From: a virus
Virus record (IMG/VR): IMGVR_UViG_3300033981_002321
Location: 1-64,000 of that record
DNA length: 64,000 nucleotides
Strand: one strand, 5' to 3'
In this document: positions 9,152-18,072 of the stretch, piece after piece
Layout: every line of letters starts with the position of its first letter
Position numbering within the stretch: the stretch's first letter is position 1
Program-made: the position numbers and the translations under genes
Notes under the pieces: model-generated
Told to the model about the DNA's origin: nothing
The model's input: the letters and a program-made list of their open reading frames with translations, nothing else
Database searches by the model: none

Positions 9152-9778
9152 ATGATTTACCCCGCAACTCTCAATATTACGATTCTGCAGAACTCGACCT
9201 TTGAGTTGAGTCTTCGTGCATTGCAGAATCAGAAAGCTATCACTGGTTTTGCCGTTGCCAACAGTAATCCAATTTTTGTTGTGCCATGCCATCGCTTCAC
9301 TGCTGGCAGCAAGGTAGTAATAGTGCCTCAAGGGCAAAGCAGTGCATCGCTGCCTGCCGCAACACCAGAAACATACGATGTTCCCTGCGGGCTAGAATTA
9401 AACAAAGTGTATTTTGTAGTTGACGCTGGGTTGGCGACCAACACATTTACTATTTCGGAAACCGATGGCGGTAGTCCAATTACGGTTGCTGATACCCCCC
9501 TGGGTTCTCTAATGGTTGCAGAACCTGTTGATCTAACGGACTACACCGCCGATGCTGACCTGATAGACATTACCACCAAGGAAGAGGTGGCAACATTTAC
9601 CTGCACGCTGCCAGCCGCTGCTGATGGACTGGTCCAAATCACGATGGAACCAGAAATCACTGTTGACCTGACAGAGGGGCTCAGTAACTGGGATTTGTCA
9701 CTAACAAGTGATACCGGCGCCCGATATTACTGGCTGCAAGGCACTGCAACTGTGACAAAAACCAGTTCGAGGAGCTGA
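9152..9778 (+). CDS. Virion protein with BppU-like N/C segments
   Basis: PATLNITI.QNSTF ... PVDLTDYTA ... WDL.LT..G.RYYWLQG..TV pattern. Confidence 0.6.
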   Translation: MIYPATLNITILQNSTFELSLRALQNQKAITGFAVANSNPIFVVPCHRFTAGSKVVIVPQGQSSASLPAATPETYDVPCGLELNKVYFVVDAGLATNTFTISETDGGSPITVADTPLGSLMVAEPVDLTDYTADADLIDITTKEEVATFTCTLPAAADGLVQITMEPEITVDLTEGLSNWDLSLTSDTGARYYWLQGTATVTKTSSRS

Positions 9779-9780
9779 TT

Positions 9781-10185
9781 ATGACAGCAATTGATACTGT
9801 TGTCGTCGCTCAAGTATCTTCAAGCAATACCGGAGAGAGTGCATATGTAGTCACTGCCAACTCCATCGACAGGATAAAAGTTTCTACGGCTGAGCAGCCA
9901 GAAAGTGCAATATTTGCAAATCAACCAGCTGCGGTCATGGTCGCTGTCGTTGATTCTGTATCAGGGCCGACCCCCATTCCGCCATCTCCAATATCAGAAT
10001 CAGGATTGGCGAGTTTTAATCCAACAGCAAGCCTTAATTTCGTTGTTCCATTTGCTGTTCTCCAGGCAACCGGTGCTGGTGGAAATGTTGCTCTACCTCC
10101 GGAGGGCACGCTGCAATTCAGCAATCCAACGCCTAGTGTCAATTTTGCAGTGTCGCCCGTTGAAATTAGCTTGTCCGTTCCCTGA
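9781..10185 (+). CDS. Putative virion protein
   Basis: V/S/A/P-rich beta-type composition; in operon. Confidence 0.55.
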   Translation: MTAIDTVVVAQVSSSNTGESAYVVTANSIDRIKVSTAEQPESAIFANQPAAVMVAVVDSVSGPTPIPPSPISESGLASFNPTASLNFVVPFAVLQATGAGGNVALPPEGTLQFSNPTPSVNFAVSPVEISLSVP

Positions 10186-10326
10186 CTCGTGATCCCTAGC
10201 CTGACCCTAAACCCGTCAGCGCTATGGCATCTCTGATCTTCAACTCCTTCCACGAGGATCTGGCCAAGGTTGTATCAATAACTTGCAATATCACTAACAG
10301 GCAGGCCACGCAAGGATGAAATTTCA

Positions 10327-10467
10327 ATGAAAGGCCTCCTGCTGGTTATCGCTTCAATCATTTTGATCCCGGCCATTCCCCTGCCGCTCGCTGCTTCTCT
10401 GGCGTTAACCCTGCCATTGGTGGCAGCCATGGCCGACATAATACAGCCATCCGACATTGAGGAATAA
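10327..10467 (+). CDS. 46-aa hydrophobic microprotein
   Basis: MKGLLLVIASIILIPAIPLPLAASLALTLPLVAAMADIIQPSDIEE*; below the ORF-track cutoff. Confidence 0.45.
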   Translation: MKGLLLVIASIILIPAIPLPLAASLALTLPLVAAMADIIQPSDIEE

Positions 10468-10527
10468 GATCGCTGACCTCGGCTAGCGTGGCATCAACTA
10501 AAATAGGCCTAAAGCCGCAGTTTCGCC

Positions 10528-11532
10528 ATGCCCGCCACTAAGGAAACCTACTCAGCAGCTGCCCCATGGCTTGCATCAACTGCAGCGCAGTTGTTAGAGG
10601 ATGCGTTCATTGATGCCGGCTTGATGACAAGCTGGTATGACTCATTCCTGAGCGGCAGCGTTGAAAACAGAATCTTGCAGGTGGTATATGACGGCACCAA
10701 GACTTACGGCACCTGTTATTACTGGTTCGTCATCTCGACCAGCACAATTGGTGTCAGCGTGGCAACCGGGTGGAACGCCACAACACATGTGCCCACCGGG
10801 ACGCAATACAGCGATTATTTCAGTACGGAAACCAACACCACGGCCAGACATTCCCCACTGGCTGGCACGTTGTCAAGCAGCACAGAGATTAACGTCGTTC
10901 GCTACACCAGCACCGACAACCCGGATTATTCGTGGTTTGTGATCAGGAATGGTGCAACGCCCTTTCCGTTTATGATTACGCCAGATTCCGCGCCGCTGGT
11001 GCCGTGGCTGGATCTGAATCAGGTGTTTTTCCATCATGTTGTGAATATGCTGATGGAAGTGACAAGCACTACAGGCAACACAAGTGTAGGGCGAGCCCAC
11101 TTCCAAGATATTTACAGATTGCGCAGAAGCTATGCACAGAGCCAGGGATTGAGATCAGAAATCAGTGCAACTGATGGATACACCGATTCTCGACGACTGT
11201 TTGGTTACAGCAGCGTTGGCGCTTCGACTAGTACATCTCCCTCTTCCGATATTTTCGCCAACGTCATTTCCGTGCCCTACCGCCTCCAGCGCTCCGGCCT
11301 GCCGTTTGCCTCTAATTACACCCCCGTCCTATTCGGCTGCTCCTATTCGTTCTATGTGAACGAACCACTGCCGGATGATTTCGCCGTCTACTTCCCCTAT
11401 ACTAACACCAGCTTCAGCTTTGGTGACAGCATCGTGATCACGGCTGGCGTTGAAGAATGGGAAGTGCTGAACTTTGCTAACAACAGCTCAGCAGATGCTG
11501 CCAGTCCGCTGTTCCTGGCGCGGCTAGTCTGA
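10528..11532 (+). CDS. Virion/fibre-like protein, paralog A
   Basis: T/S/Y-rich; shares DAFIDAGLMT.WYDSFLSGS.ENRIL and P.FLAR.V* with 12274..13269. Confidence 0.75.
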   Translation: MPATKETYSAAAPWLASTAAQLLEDAFIDAGLMTSWYDSFLSGSVENRILQVVYDGTKTYGTCYYWFVISTSTIGVSVATGWNATTHVPTGTQYSDYFSTETNTTARHSPLAGTLSSSTEINVVRYTSTDNPDYSWFVIRNGATPFPFMITPDSAPLVPWLDLNQVFFHHVVNMLMEVTSTTGNTSVGRAHFQDIYRLRRSYAQSQGLRSEISATDGYTDSRRLFGYSSVGASTSTSPSSDIFANVISVPYRLQRSGLPFASNYTPVLFGCSYSFYVNEPLPDDFAVYFPYTNTSFSFGDSIVITAGVEEWEVLNFANNSSADAASPLFLARLV

Positions 11533-11550
11533 TCTTAGCTGAAGTTGCAA

Positions 11551-12231
11551 ATGGCCAGCATTTCTGTTCCGCCAAAAGATAGTCAAGCGGGTATTGCCGC
11601 CGAAGCCGCTTCGCAGATGACAGTTTCAACATCAAGCAGTGAATCCACCACACTGACAGCTTCGACGCCCTCTCGCATGACAATCGTGGCGATGAGGGGA
11701 CTCGCAGGCACTGGCGGGGGCGGGGGCGGAGTAAAGAATCTCTCAGAGCTTGAAGATGTAAACGTTACAACAAATCCTCCATCTGATAACCAGCCACTTG
11801 TTTACAATGAGTACCTAGAAAAGTGGGTTCCAGGCGATAAACCTATTAGTCTTGACTACATTGAACACACCACCGAGAGCTTGCTGCCTGGCGACGTGGA
11901 AGACGTTTCGCTAAGCTCTCCGCTAATTTTCAACATACTGGCAATATATTCAACCAACCCAGCATGGGTTCGTGTCTATGGAACAAGTGATGCAAGAACG
12001 GCTGATACGCGAACCAGCCCAGGTGGAATACCACCAGCAGCTGGAACTGACTTCTACGCAGAGGTCGTAACCACGGAATCTCCACAGCTTATCAGGTTCT
12101 CCCCCATCCCGATGGTACTCACATCTTTTGGAGAGGTATTTATTCGGGTCGTTAACATGGACACTGTAAACAGAGAGCTATATCTCAATTTCGGGATTCT
12201 TGCTTACGGGGTTTATACAGTAGGCGGTTGA
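11551..12231 (+). CDS. Virion/fibre-associated protein
   Basis: GGGGG linker, L.EL.DV....P.DNQ.LVYN....KWVPG fibre-type repeat. Confidence 0.65.
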   Translation: MASISVPPKDSQAGIAAEAASQMTVSTSSSESTTLTASTPSRMTIVAMRGLAGTGGGGGGVKNLSELEDVNVTTNPPSDNQPLVYNEYLEKWVPGDKPISLDYIEHTTESLLPGDVEDVSLSSPLIFNILAIYSTNPAWVRVYGTSDARTADTRTSPGGIPPAAGTDFYAEVVTTESPQLIRFSPIPMVLTSFGEVFIRVVNMDTVNRELYLNFGILAYGVYTVGG

Positions 12232-12273
12232 CGCCTGATCCTTGCTTTCTTCACTTTATTCCTTTCTTGAATC

Positions 12274-13269
12274 ATGGCCTGCACTAAAGAAACCTACACC
12301 GCTACAGCAACGTGGACCGCCAGCCAGCTGGCCACGCTGTTCCGTGATGCCTTCATCGACGCTGGGTTGATGACGGACTGGTACGACTCATTTCTGAGCG
12401 GCAGTATTGAGAATCGGATTCTGGAAGTCACCTACGCCGGGACCAAAGCATACGGCAAAACTTACTACTGGTTCATGTTCTCGACTACTGGCGTGTGGTT
12501 GCATGTGGCAACGGGATGGAATACTGCGACGGATCAGCCAACTGGCACGCAGTATCTGGACTTCTTTGCCACCACAACGAACGCAACAACCAACCACTGG
12601 CAGATGTTCGCTGCTGCCACATCAAATACTGTGGAGCTGGTGCGTTACACCTCTGGCGTGGATGCGGATCAAAGTTGGTTCACGATCAAGCGCAGCGGTG
12701 GTGTTGATCGGACGTTTACGATTATCAACGATGCGCTTACGGTGCAGTCGTGGCTAGATTTGAGCAAGGGGTTTTTCAATGGGTTTGTGCATGTGGCACC
12801 TTTGATTGATAGCAACTCTGGAGTTGTCCAGTTTGATCGTGGGCCTGCCCTTAGGCGGGAAATTGCAGTGGGGACCTATCTAATTGGTGATACGGCCTCA
12901 ACGAATTATACTAATAACATTGTCACTAGAACCCTTTGTTCGTATGGAGTAACCGGAAGGGCCAATGCTAATGGTGCTGGCAACTACGGCACAACGGGAT
13001 TCATCCCCCTCCCCACCGCCTCAGCCACCGCCAACCCTGCCTACACCGCCGACAGCAATCCCGTATTCCACAGCCTGCCATTCCACCCTTACGTTGCCGA
13101 ACCGCTGCCGTCTGACTTCGGCATGAGCTTCCATTTCGCCAGCAATGCCTTCGACCCTGGCGACACGCTGGTGGTCACTGCAGGCGCTGAAGAATGGCAA
13201 GTGCTGGCTGAAACCGCAGGCACTGCCGGGACCGTTGCCACCCCCATGTTCCTCGCCCGCATGGTCTGA
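12274..13269 (+). CDS. Virion/fibre-like protein, paralog B
   Basis: Paralog of 10528..11532. Confidence 0.75.
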   Translation: MACTKETYTATATWTASQLATLFRDAFIDAGLMTDWYDSFLSGSIENRILEVTYAGTKAYGKTYYWFMFSTTGVWLHVATGWNTATDQPTGTQYLDFFATTTNATTNHWQMFAAATSNTVELVRYTSGVDADQSWFTIKRSGGVDRTFTIINDALTVQSWLDLSKGFFNGFVHVAPLIDSNSGVVQFDRGPALRREIAVGTYLIGDTASTNYTNNIVTRTLCSYGVTGRANANGAGNYGTTGFIPLPTASATANPAYTADSNPVFHSLPFHPYVAEPLPSDFGMSFHFASNAFDPGDTLVVTAGAEEWQVLAETAGTAGTVATPMFLARMV

Positions 13270-13274
13270 GTCTG

Positions 13275-13508
13275 ATGGCTGTCATCAATCAGAGCCCCTT
13301 AGGTCAAACCAGCATCGCCATCTCGGGCATCAGCTTCGCCAGCCTGGTGGTCGGCAGCGGCGATCCATTCCGTGAGCCCGCCTCGCGTGTACATGATGGT
13401 GGGGCAAGCGTGGCGATCTCGTTTGGCGGCACTCCCGAACCCCCCGGCCCAACCATCCCCACCACCGGGCAAATCTGGCCCTTGGGCATTCCGATTACTG
13501 GCACATAA
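13275..13508 (+). CDS. Small virion-associated protein
   Basis: ORF track; PTTGQIWP motif; follows paralog B. Confidence 0.55.
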   Translation: MAVINQSPLGQTSIAISGISFASLVVGSGDPFREPASRVHDGGASVAISFGGTPEPPGPTIPTTGQIWPLGIPITGT

Positions 13509-13603
13509 AATGAAATAACTGCAATCAATTCACGCCACGAGATTTTTAAGTCGCAGCAAGAGTATGTCCCAGCCATTAGAGTGCTAGCAGTCGATATTAA
13601 GCA

Positions 13604-13879
13604 GTGGCCGTTAAAACAAGCATTCTAAAAAGACTCGTAACTCAGCTAAGACGGAACGGAATGTCAGAGGCTGCGGCAAATGCAGCAGCCAGAAGTAGAT
13701 TGCAAAAAGCTGGGATACTCAAGAAGGGAAGTGATGAACTAACGGAATATGGCAAGAAAAGACAGGCAATGGGGGCGGCTGGCAGAGCCAAAGATCGAGC
13801 AGCAAAGGCAAGTGGCAGAAAACCGAGTGAATATAAATATAACGCTAAAACCAATAGAGCGACGCTGAAGAAAAAATAA
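13604..13879 (+). CDS. Small very basic protein
   Basis: K/R/A-rich, 91 aa. Confidence 0.7.
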   Translation: MAVKTSILKRLVTQLRRNGMSEAAANAAARSRLQKAGILKKGSDELTEYGKKRQAMGAAGRAKDRAAKASGRKPSEYKYNAKTNRATLKKK

Positions 13880-13896
13880 ACGGATCATGGCGCGAC

Positions 13897-13925
13897 TTGA
13901 CAAAGAAAAGACTGCGTGATAGAAT
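13897..13925 (+). promoter_or_regulatory. Strong sigma70 promoter
   Basis: TTGACA-17 bp-TAGAAT with extended TG. Confidence 0.8.
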
Positions 13926-13955
13926 TAGGAGGTCAAGTTTCTTAACTTCTCAAAC

Positions 13956-14204
13956 ATGAAAGGATCTTTGCATTTTACCGGCAGTCAAGACAGCGAAACA
14001 TTTATTGGAAAGCTTGTAAATGTGGTAGTTTCCATTAAAAACAAAGGGGAATCGAAAAGAGTTATTTGGCATCAGCCAGTTCGAGATCAGCTCTGGTGGT
14101 TTGGCTTTCAGCCCGAGAAAGGATGCTTTGGGCGCATTCGCTGGTTCAACTCGGACCAAGACGAGGGCTCATGGGGCAGGGTCTTTCTTTCACGCAATCC
14201 GTGA
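13956..14204 (+). CDS. Hypothetical Trp-rich small protein
   Basis: ORF track, directly after the promoter. Confidence 0.55.
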   Translation: MKGSLHFTGSQDSETFIGKLVNVVVSIKNKGESKRVIWHQPVRDQLWWFGFQPEKGCFGRIRWFNSDQDEGSWGRVFLSRNP

Positions 14205-14210
14205 TAGAAT
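14200..14210 (+). promoter_or_regulatory. Extended -10 promoter for the putative ncRNA
   Basis: CGTGATAGAAT, identical to the 11-mer in promoter 13897-13925. Confidence 0.6.
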
Positions 14211-14215
14211 CCCTG

Positions 14216-14605
14216 AGCGACTCAAAGCCCCTACCGGGCCGTAGGCCGCAACAAAGACCTTGCTTCGGCGGCAAGGCGGTTTCCGGGGAGTTTGCCAGCG
14301 TTGCAGCCGGAAAACCTAGTAAATACTGGAAATGGAGACGGATGTTCGCCCGGTGAATTCAAAGTTTGTCATTAGCCATGGCATTTGTTCACCAACTTCG
14401 AGCTACCCGTCTTCGACACAACTCTCTCTTCGGCTCTGACCCCGTGCTAGACGCGGCAGTAGGAATCCCTGGGTTGTGGCTGCCGCTCTGCTACCAAGGA
14501 CGCTTGGTGAAGCATCGGGCATAAGTCCTGCTTCGGCAGGCCAGGGGGCTGATCACCCCTGCCAATCACGGAAAGACCCGAAGCTTCGGCCCTCGGGTCT
14601 TTCTT
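14216..14605 (+). ncRNA. Unclassified large structured non-coding RNA (~350-390 nt)
   Basis: No credible ORF; many nested helices with G-U pairs and UUCG loops; bounded by a -10 element and an intrinsic terminator. Confidence 0.7.
14571..14605 (+). terminator. Intrinsic terminator between the ncRNA and the convergent NTase gene
   Basis: GAAAGACCCGA...(GC-TTCG-GC)...TCGGGTCTTTCTT. Confidence 0.8.
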
Positions 14606-14615
14606 GTGTTTGCAG

Positions 14616-15404
14616 TTATCTAGCTTTTACAGTTTTGCACAGCAATCGATCGATAGGCTCAATTGTTCTTTTTTGCCCCGGACTGAAACCGTGAGCAGTG
14701 GTTTCAAAGTATGCAATTTTCTCATCAAGGAAATCATTGATTACTTGAATTCTCATCCCTCTGCCAAGCTCCTTCTGACTTTTCTTTCTTTCGAGCAAGA
14801 CCAAGATCTCTTTCAGTGCCGCTTCTGGCACATCGCATTCGTGCAGCAATTGCGCAAACAGCATAGGCGGGGATTTATGGTACTTCTCGATCCACATACA
14901 AGCAAGCACGGGGCGGAGAACGTAAAAGTATTTCTTCGTTCTGACCAAATCACTCTTCAGGTACTCCTTGAAGTTCTTTTTGGCCATGTGAATATAATGA
15001 TACACAGATGCTATCTCTGAAAAGCAAGACTTACTTAGTTTGTACAGCTCTTGATAGAAATCAAGATTAACCTTGTAGATCATTGGGGATCTAAGCCATT
15101 CCATGAGCACTGGATTGCCTTTATTTAGCAAAAACAGAGCTTTTCTAACATCCCAGCCAGAGTAGTCAAATTCATCTACGATCGGATATTCGATAACATC
15201 TCTGTCTGGTATGACCTTTAGATACCATTCCTCTTTGTGTCTGTAGATAAACCGCACATCGTAATCCGAGTCGGGGGATTCAAAACCCCAGGCCCTTGAA
15301 CCAGACTCTGCTGCGTAGAGAATCTCAACAGAATGTTCTTGCTCTATTTCAGATAATCGCGTGATTATCTTAGTGCAGTAATCGGAAGTGTCAGTTTGAA
15401 ACAT
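14616..15404 (-). CDS. Pol-beta superfamily nucleotidyltransferase, RlaP/YcgL (Nuc-transf) type
   Basis: ILYAAESGSRAWGFESPDSDYDVRFIY, D.SGWD.RKAL, NP..MEWL.SP, KKYFYVLRP; start moved to MFQTD. Confidence 0.9.
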   Translation of the reverse strand: MFQTDTSDYCTKIITRLSEIEQEHSVEILYAAESGSRAWGFESPDSDYDVRFIYRHKEEWYLKVIPDRDVIEYPIVDEFDYSGWDVRKALFLLNKGNPVLMEWLRSPMIYKVNLDFYQELYKLSKSCFSEIASVYHYIHMAKKNFKEYLKSDLVRTKKYFYVLRPVLACMWIEKYHKSPPMLFAQLLHECDVPEAALKEILVLLERKKSQKELGRGMRIQVINDFLDEKIAYFETTAHGFSPGQKRTIEPIDRLLCKTVKAR

Positions 15405-15794
15405 TTTCAAATACTGTCTAATAAACGGGAGGCAGGGGATCGCAGCATCGACGCACTTTCCAGTATTCAAATCTGTTAAGTGCAACACGCTCGTAAACGT
15501 GCTGAAGCTCTCCAAAGCGACTAAACTCGGGGACGCAGATCCAGTGTGACGGCGTTACTTTCATGGAAAGACCATCGTACGGGCCACCGATGAGTGAAAC
15601 TTCAGCGAACAAATCAGCCTGAGGCATTGTCAAGCAGTGCAGAGATTGCATATACCGGCCAGATGAATGGCCGCAAGAAAGCCAGTGCGATAGCCTGAGT
15701 GGTCAGCTTATCGAGTACCGAGAACAGCATCCACATAGCGAGGCAGCTGCTTCCGTAAAAGTAAACGTTCATTGAATTCCTTAAAGTGTTAGGG

Positions 15795-16022
15795 CTAATT
15801 TTCTGAAATATCCCATCGCCTGCGACTCCACTCCGCTGTGCTGATCACCTCTATCGCACCATCTCGAAAACGCGATGCGTATGGATCATAAACACTGCGA
15901 GAAGCTGGCTCAAGTGTTTGAGGGTCAACGGCAAAGCACATTTTGTCAGGGCTAATTACTTTGATTAGACCCGAATAATCGCCAGCAAACCGTGTCGTTT
16001 GCAATTCTCTTGGATCGGTCAT
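15795..16022 (-). CDS. Hypothetical protein
   Basis: ORF track, minus-strand operon. Confidence 0.55.
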   Translation of the reverse strand: MTDPRELQTTRFAGDYSGLIKVISPDKMCFAVDPQTLEPASRSVYDPYASRFRDGAIEVISTAEWSRRRWDISEN

Positions 16023-16034
16023 GTTTATTTTGCC

Positions 16035-16457
16035 TTAGTGGTTAGCGTCTGGCATAATTAAGCGAGGGTGCTCGTGATCATGCCCAGGCACGTTCACCAA
16101 GATGATAAATTCTTTGCCCGCCCCCTCAATCAGCCCAGGCAGATTCCCGCTGTCCCTCCTTTTAATCACATCATCCCAAATCTGGAGAAGAGACACACTT
16201 TTGTGAACTCTGAACTCACCCTTGTCATAAAACTTGCCACTCTGTTTGAAGTAGGTGAGCTTTACAACTAAAGATTCGTCTACACTTTCTCGCCCCCACT
16301 CAAAACCACGATTAGCCGCTTTGTCAATCAACCACGATTCTCGACCGGCGCCCCCATCTCTATACCGAGGCGCTTCCTCTCGCCACTTTGCTTTCAGTTC
16401 TTCGGATACGATCAGTTGCTCTGTGTTCATTTGTTTGGTTGCTGAAAAACATAGCAA
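16035..16457 (-). CDS. Hypothetical protein (KLTYFKQSGKFY motif)
   Basis: ORF track; TYFK.SGK.Y ... HP.LI pattern. Confidence 0.65.
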   Translation of the reverse strand: MLCFSATKQMNTEQLIVSEELKAKWREEAPRYRDGGAGRESWLIDKAANRGFEWGRESVDESLVVKLTYFKQSGKFYDKGEFRVHKSVSLLQIWDDVIKRRDSGNLPGLIEGAGKEFIILVNVPGHDHEHPRLIMPDANH

Positions 16458-16460
16458 AAA

Positions 16461-17045
16461 CTATGGTCTAAAAAGCTTATGTGGTGTCACATCAGAAGAA
16501 ACTGGAAGCCAGTGAGTGTCTTCGTCATAAGGGCAATCCTGCAAACCGAACTCCCAGGCATCTTCTTCTTTGTTCCAGAAACCATAAAGACAGCGCCCGC
16601 GTGCGTCCACGTCATCCGGCCCAGGCTTTTCTTCTGAAAGTGAAACTGGTTTCTTGATTTGAAAAGCAGCAATGCCAAAAGCATCTGTCATCCGTTGCTC
16701 CAGCGTAACGATTCCGCCCTCTGGAACACCACGCCCACTCTCGGGAATAGCGCCATCAGATGCCAATCCCTCTAATGCCTCCAGCCGCTTAACTAGAGCA
16801 GCAACGATTACAGATTGAGCGCTAATGTGTTTTGCTACTTTCCGCTCCAGCGCAGCGATGCGATCAGCTTGTTGCGGATTCCAGTAACGAGTATGCCGCC
16901 AAAGCTGACTGGGATCAACCTGTGACCAGTGATAGGTGGCAGCAACATCAAAGTAGGGAGATACTTTCACTTGTATGTCCCCGTGAAGATCAGCATCGTC
17001 CTGCGTGGGGGCGCGACCAGTGATCCATTCGTTAGTTCCGCTCAT
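16461..17045 (-). CDS. Modular hypothetical protein
   Basis: WIT.R.PT..DAD..G.I and PVSLSE..PGP.D.D..GRC...THWLP modules. Confidence 0.65.
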   Translation of the reverse strand: MSGTNEWITGRAPTQDDADLHGDIQVKVSPYFDVAATYHWSQVDPSQLWRHTRYWNPQQADRIAALERKVAKHISAQSVIVAALVKRLEALEGLASDGAIPESGRGVPEGGIVTLEQRMTDAFGIAAFQIKKPVSLSEEKPGPDDVDARGRCLYGFWNKEEDAWEFGLQDCPYDEDTHWLPVSSDVTPHKLFRP

Positions 17046-17251
17046 CGATCAGCCTCCACGCGCAGCTCGACCCACAAAGCATCCCAAGTAGTGGCCCTAG
17101 GCCCAGTGGTGAAGCGATTGAAAGCCGCAGCTTCTTGTGAGGCCTGGAGCCAAAGAATTGGAGAAACAATTGCAAAAACAAGAGCTACCATGCCAGCGGA
17201 TACTCCAGCATAAGGCAGTATCTCTTGAAGCATTTCTTTGAACTTGCTCAT
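17042..17251 (-). CDS. Small membrane protein
   Basis: MSKFKEML... one TM segment, then EAAAFNRFT; internal start of the track ORF. Confidence 0.55.
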   Translation of the reverse strand: MSKFKEMLQEILPYAGVSAGMVALVFAIVSPILWLQASQEAAAFNRFTTGPRATTWDALWVELRVEADR

Positions 17252-17303
17252 AAAACACAAACGGAACGTGAGCTGCTCATGAACACTAGCACCATTGGTG
17301 CCG

Positions 17304-17837
17304 TTACGCAAGAGGCTTGAGTTGGGGGCGTGGCAAGGCCCACCATGGGGCGAAGTGAGTAAACCAAGTATGGTTAGTTTCGCTTGGTGGCTCACCTAGC
17401 ACCCACTTCGAGCCACCAATTTCAGATATTAACCAGCATCTTCCAAACTCATCCAACTCTTCGGGCTCCGGTCCCCTCTCAGAAAGTGGAATAGGCCTGA
17501 AAAGTGCATCACTAGAAACTCGCGGGTCTTTTGAGACCTGCACCTCCCAATTGATGATGTCGTTTAGAGCTTTCTTTGGATCGTTTTCATTTTCCTTGTT
17601 CAAGAGAAATCTGCAAACCAGAGCATCGTCGATGACTGCACGCCATGGATTGCCTGATTTGTTTTCCAACTCGACCTGAAAAGCAGCAATTGCGGAACTC
17701 AGTTCACTGCTTTTCCAGCCATGCCCAGGCGGTCCTTCGTCACAGGCTACATCCAGTGCCTCGGACAATACCTGCCATTGCTTCGAGGTAAGCGTGACAA
17801 CTTGAAACTGTTGATCAATAGTCATAAAATTCATCAA
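17304..17837 (-). CDS. Modular hypothetical protein
   Basis: PIPLSER.PEPEE.DEFGRCW...TH..PWWALP module related to 16461..17045. Confidence 0.65.
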   Translation of the reverse strand: MMNFMTIDQQFQVVTLTSKQWQVLSEALDVACDEGPPGHGWKSSELSSAIAAFQVELENKSGNPWRAVIDDALVCRFLLNKENENDPKKALNDIINWEVQVSKDPRVSSDALFRPIPLSERGPEPEELDEFGRCWLISEIGGSKWVLGEPPSETNHTWFTHFAPWWALPRPQLKPLA

Positions 17838-18072
17838 TTACTTGACCATCCTTGTCATACACGGCGCCTGTATAGGGATAAATGAAGCGCACGCTTTCCT
17901 CCTTGTCGGGTCCAACCTTGTATTTGTAGATATGATCGCTACTTCCACCGTATCCAATAGAGATTGTGCTTCCATCAGGCAAGGTGCCAGCATAAGTGAA
18001 AGTGTACTTATAGTAACTTGAAAACTTTACTTTTGCATCGCCGTATTTTTCAATAAATTCTTCTCGTGTCAT
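17815..18072 (-). CDS. Hypothetical protein (VKFSSYYKYTFTY)
   Basis: ORF track; coupled. Confidence 0.7.
   Translation of the reverse strand: MTREEFIEKYGDAKVKFSSYYKYTFTYAGTLPDGSTISIGYGGSSDHIYKYKVGPDKEESVRFIYPYTGAVYDKDGQVIDEFYDY

Noticed and set aside
10528-13269. Diversity-generating retroelement behind the paralogous fibres
   Set aside because: No reverse transcriptase in the window and no adenine-specific TR/VR pair seen
14546-14560. Resemblance of GGCTGATCACCCCT to the 16S rRNA 3' end (GGCTGGATCACCTCCT)
   Set aside because: Needs two gaps in 16 nt and lacks helix 45 context; likely chance
14216-14605. tmRNA, RNase P, SRP or group I intron identity
   Set aside because: GGGGCTGAT occurs near the 3' end with no T-arm or tag ORF; no GAAAGTCC or SRP domain IV motif; a P3/P7-like resemblance (GAGCG/CGCTC, TAAGTCC) lacks P4-P6 consensus and no gene is interrupted
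14066-14694. ORFs 14066..14356 and 14476..14694
   Set aside because: Non-ATG starts, no RBS, overlap neighbours and the terminator; better explained by RNA structure
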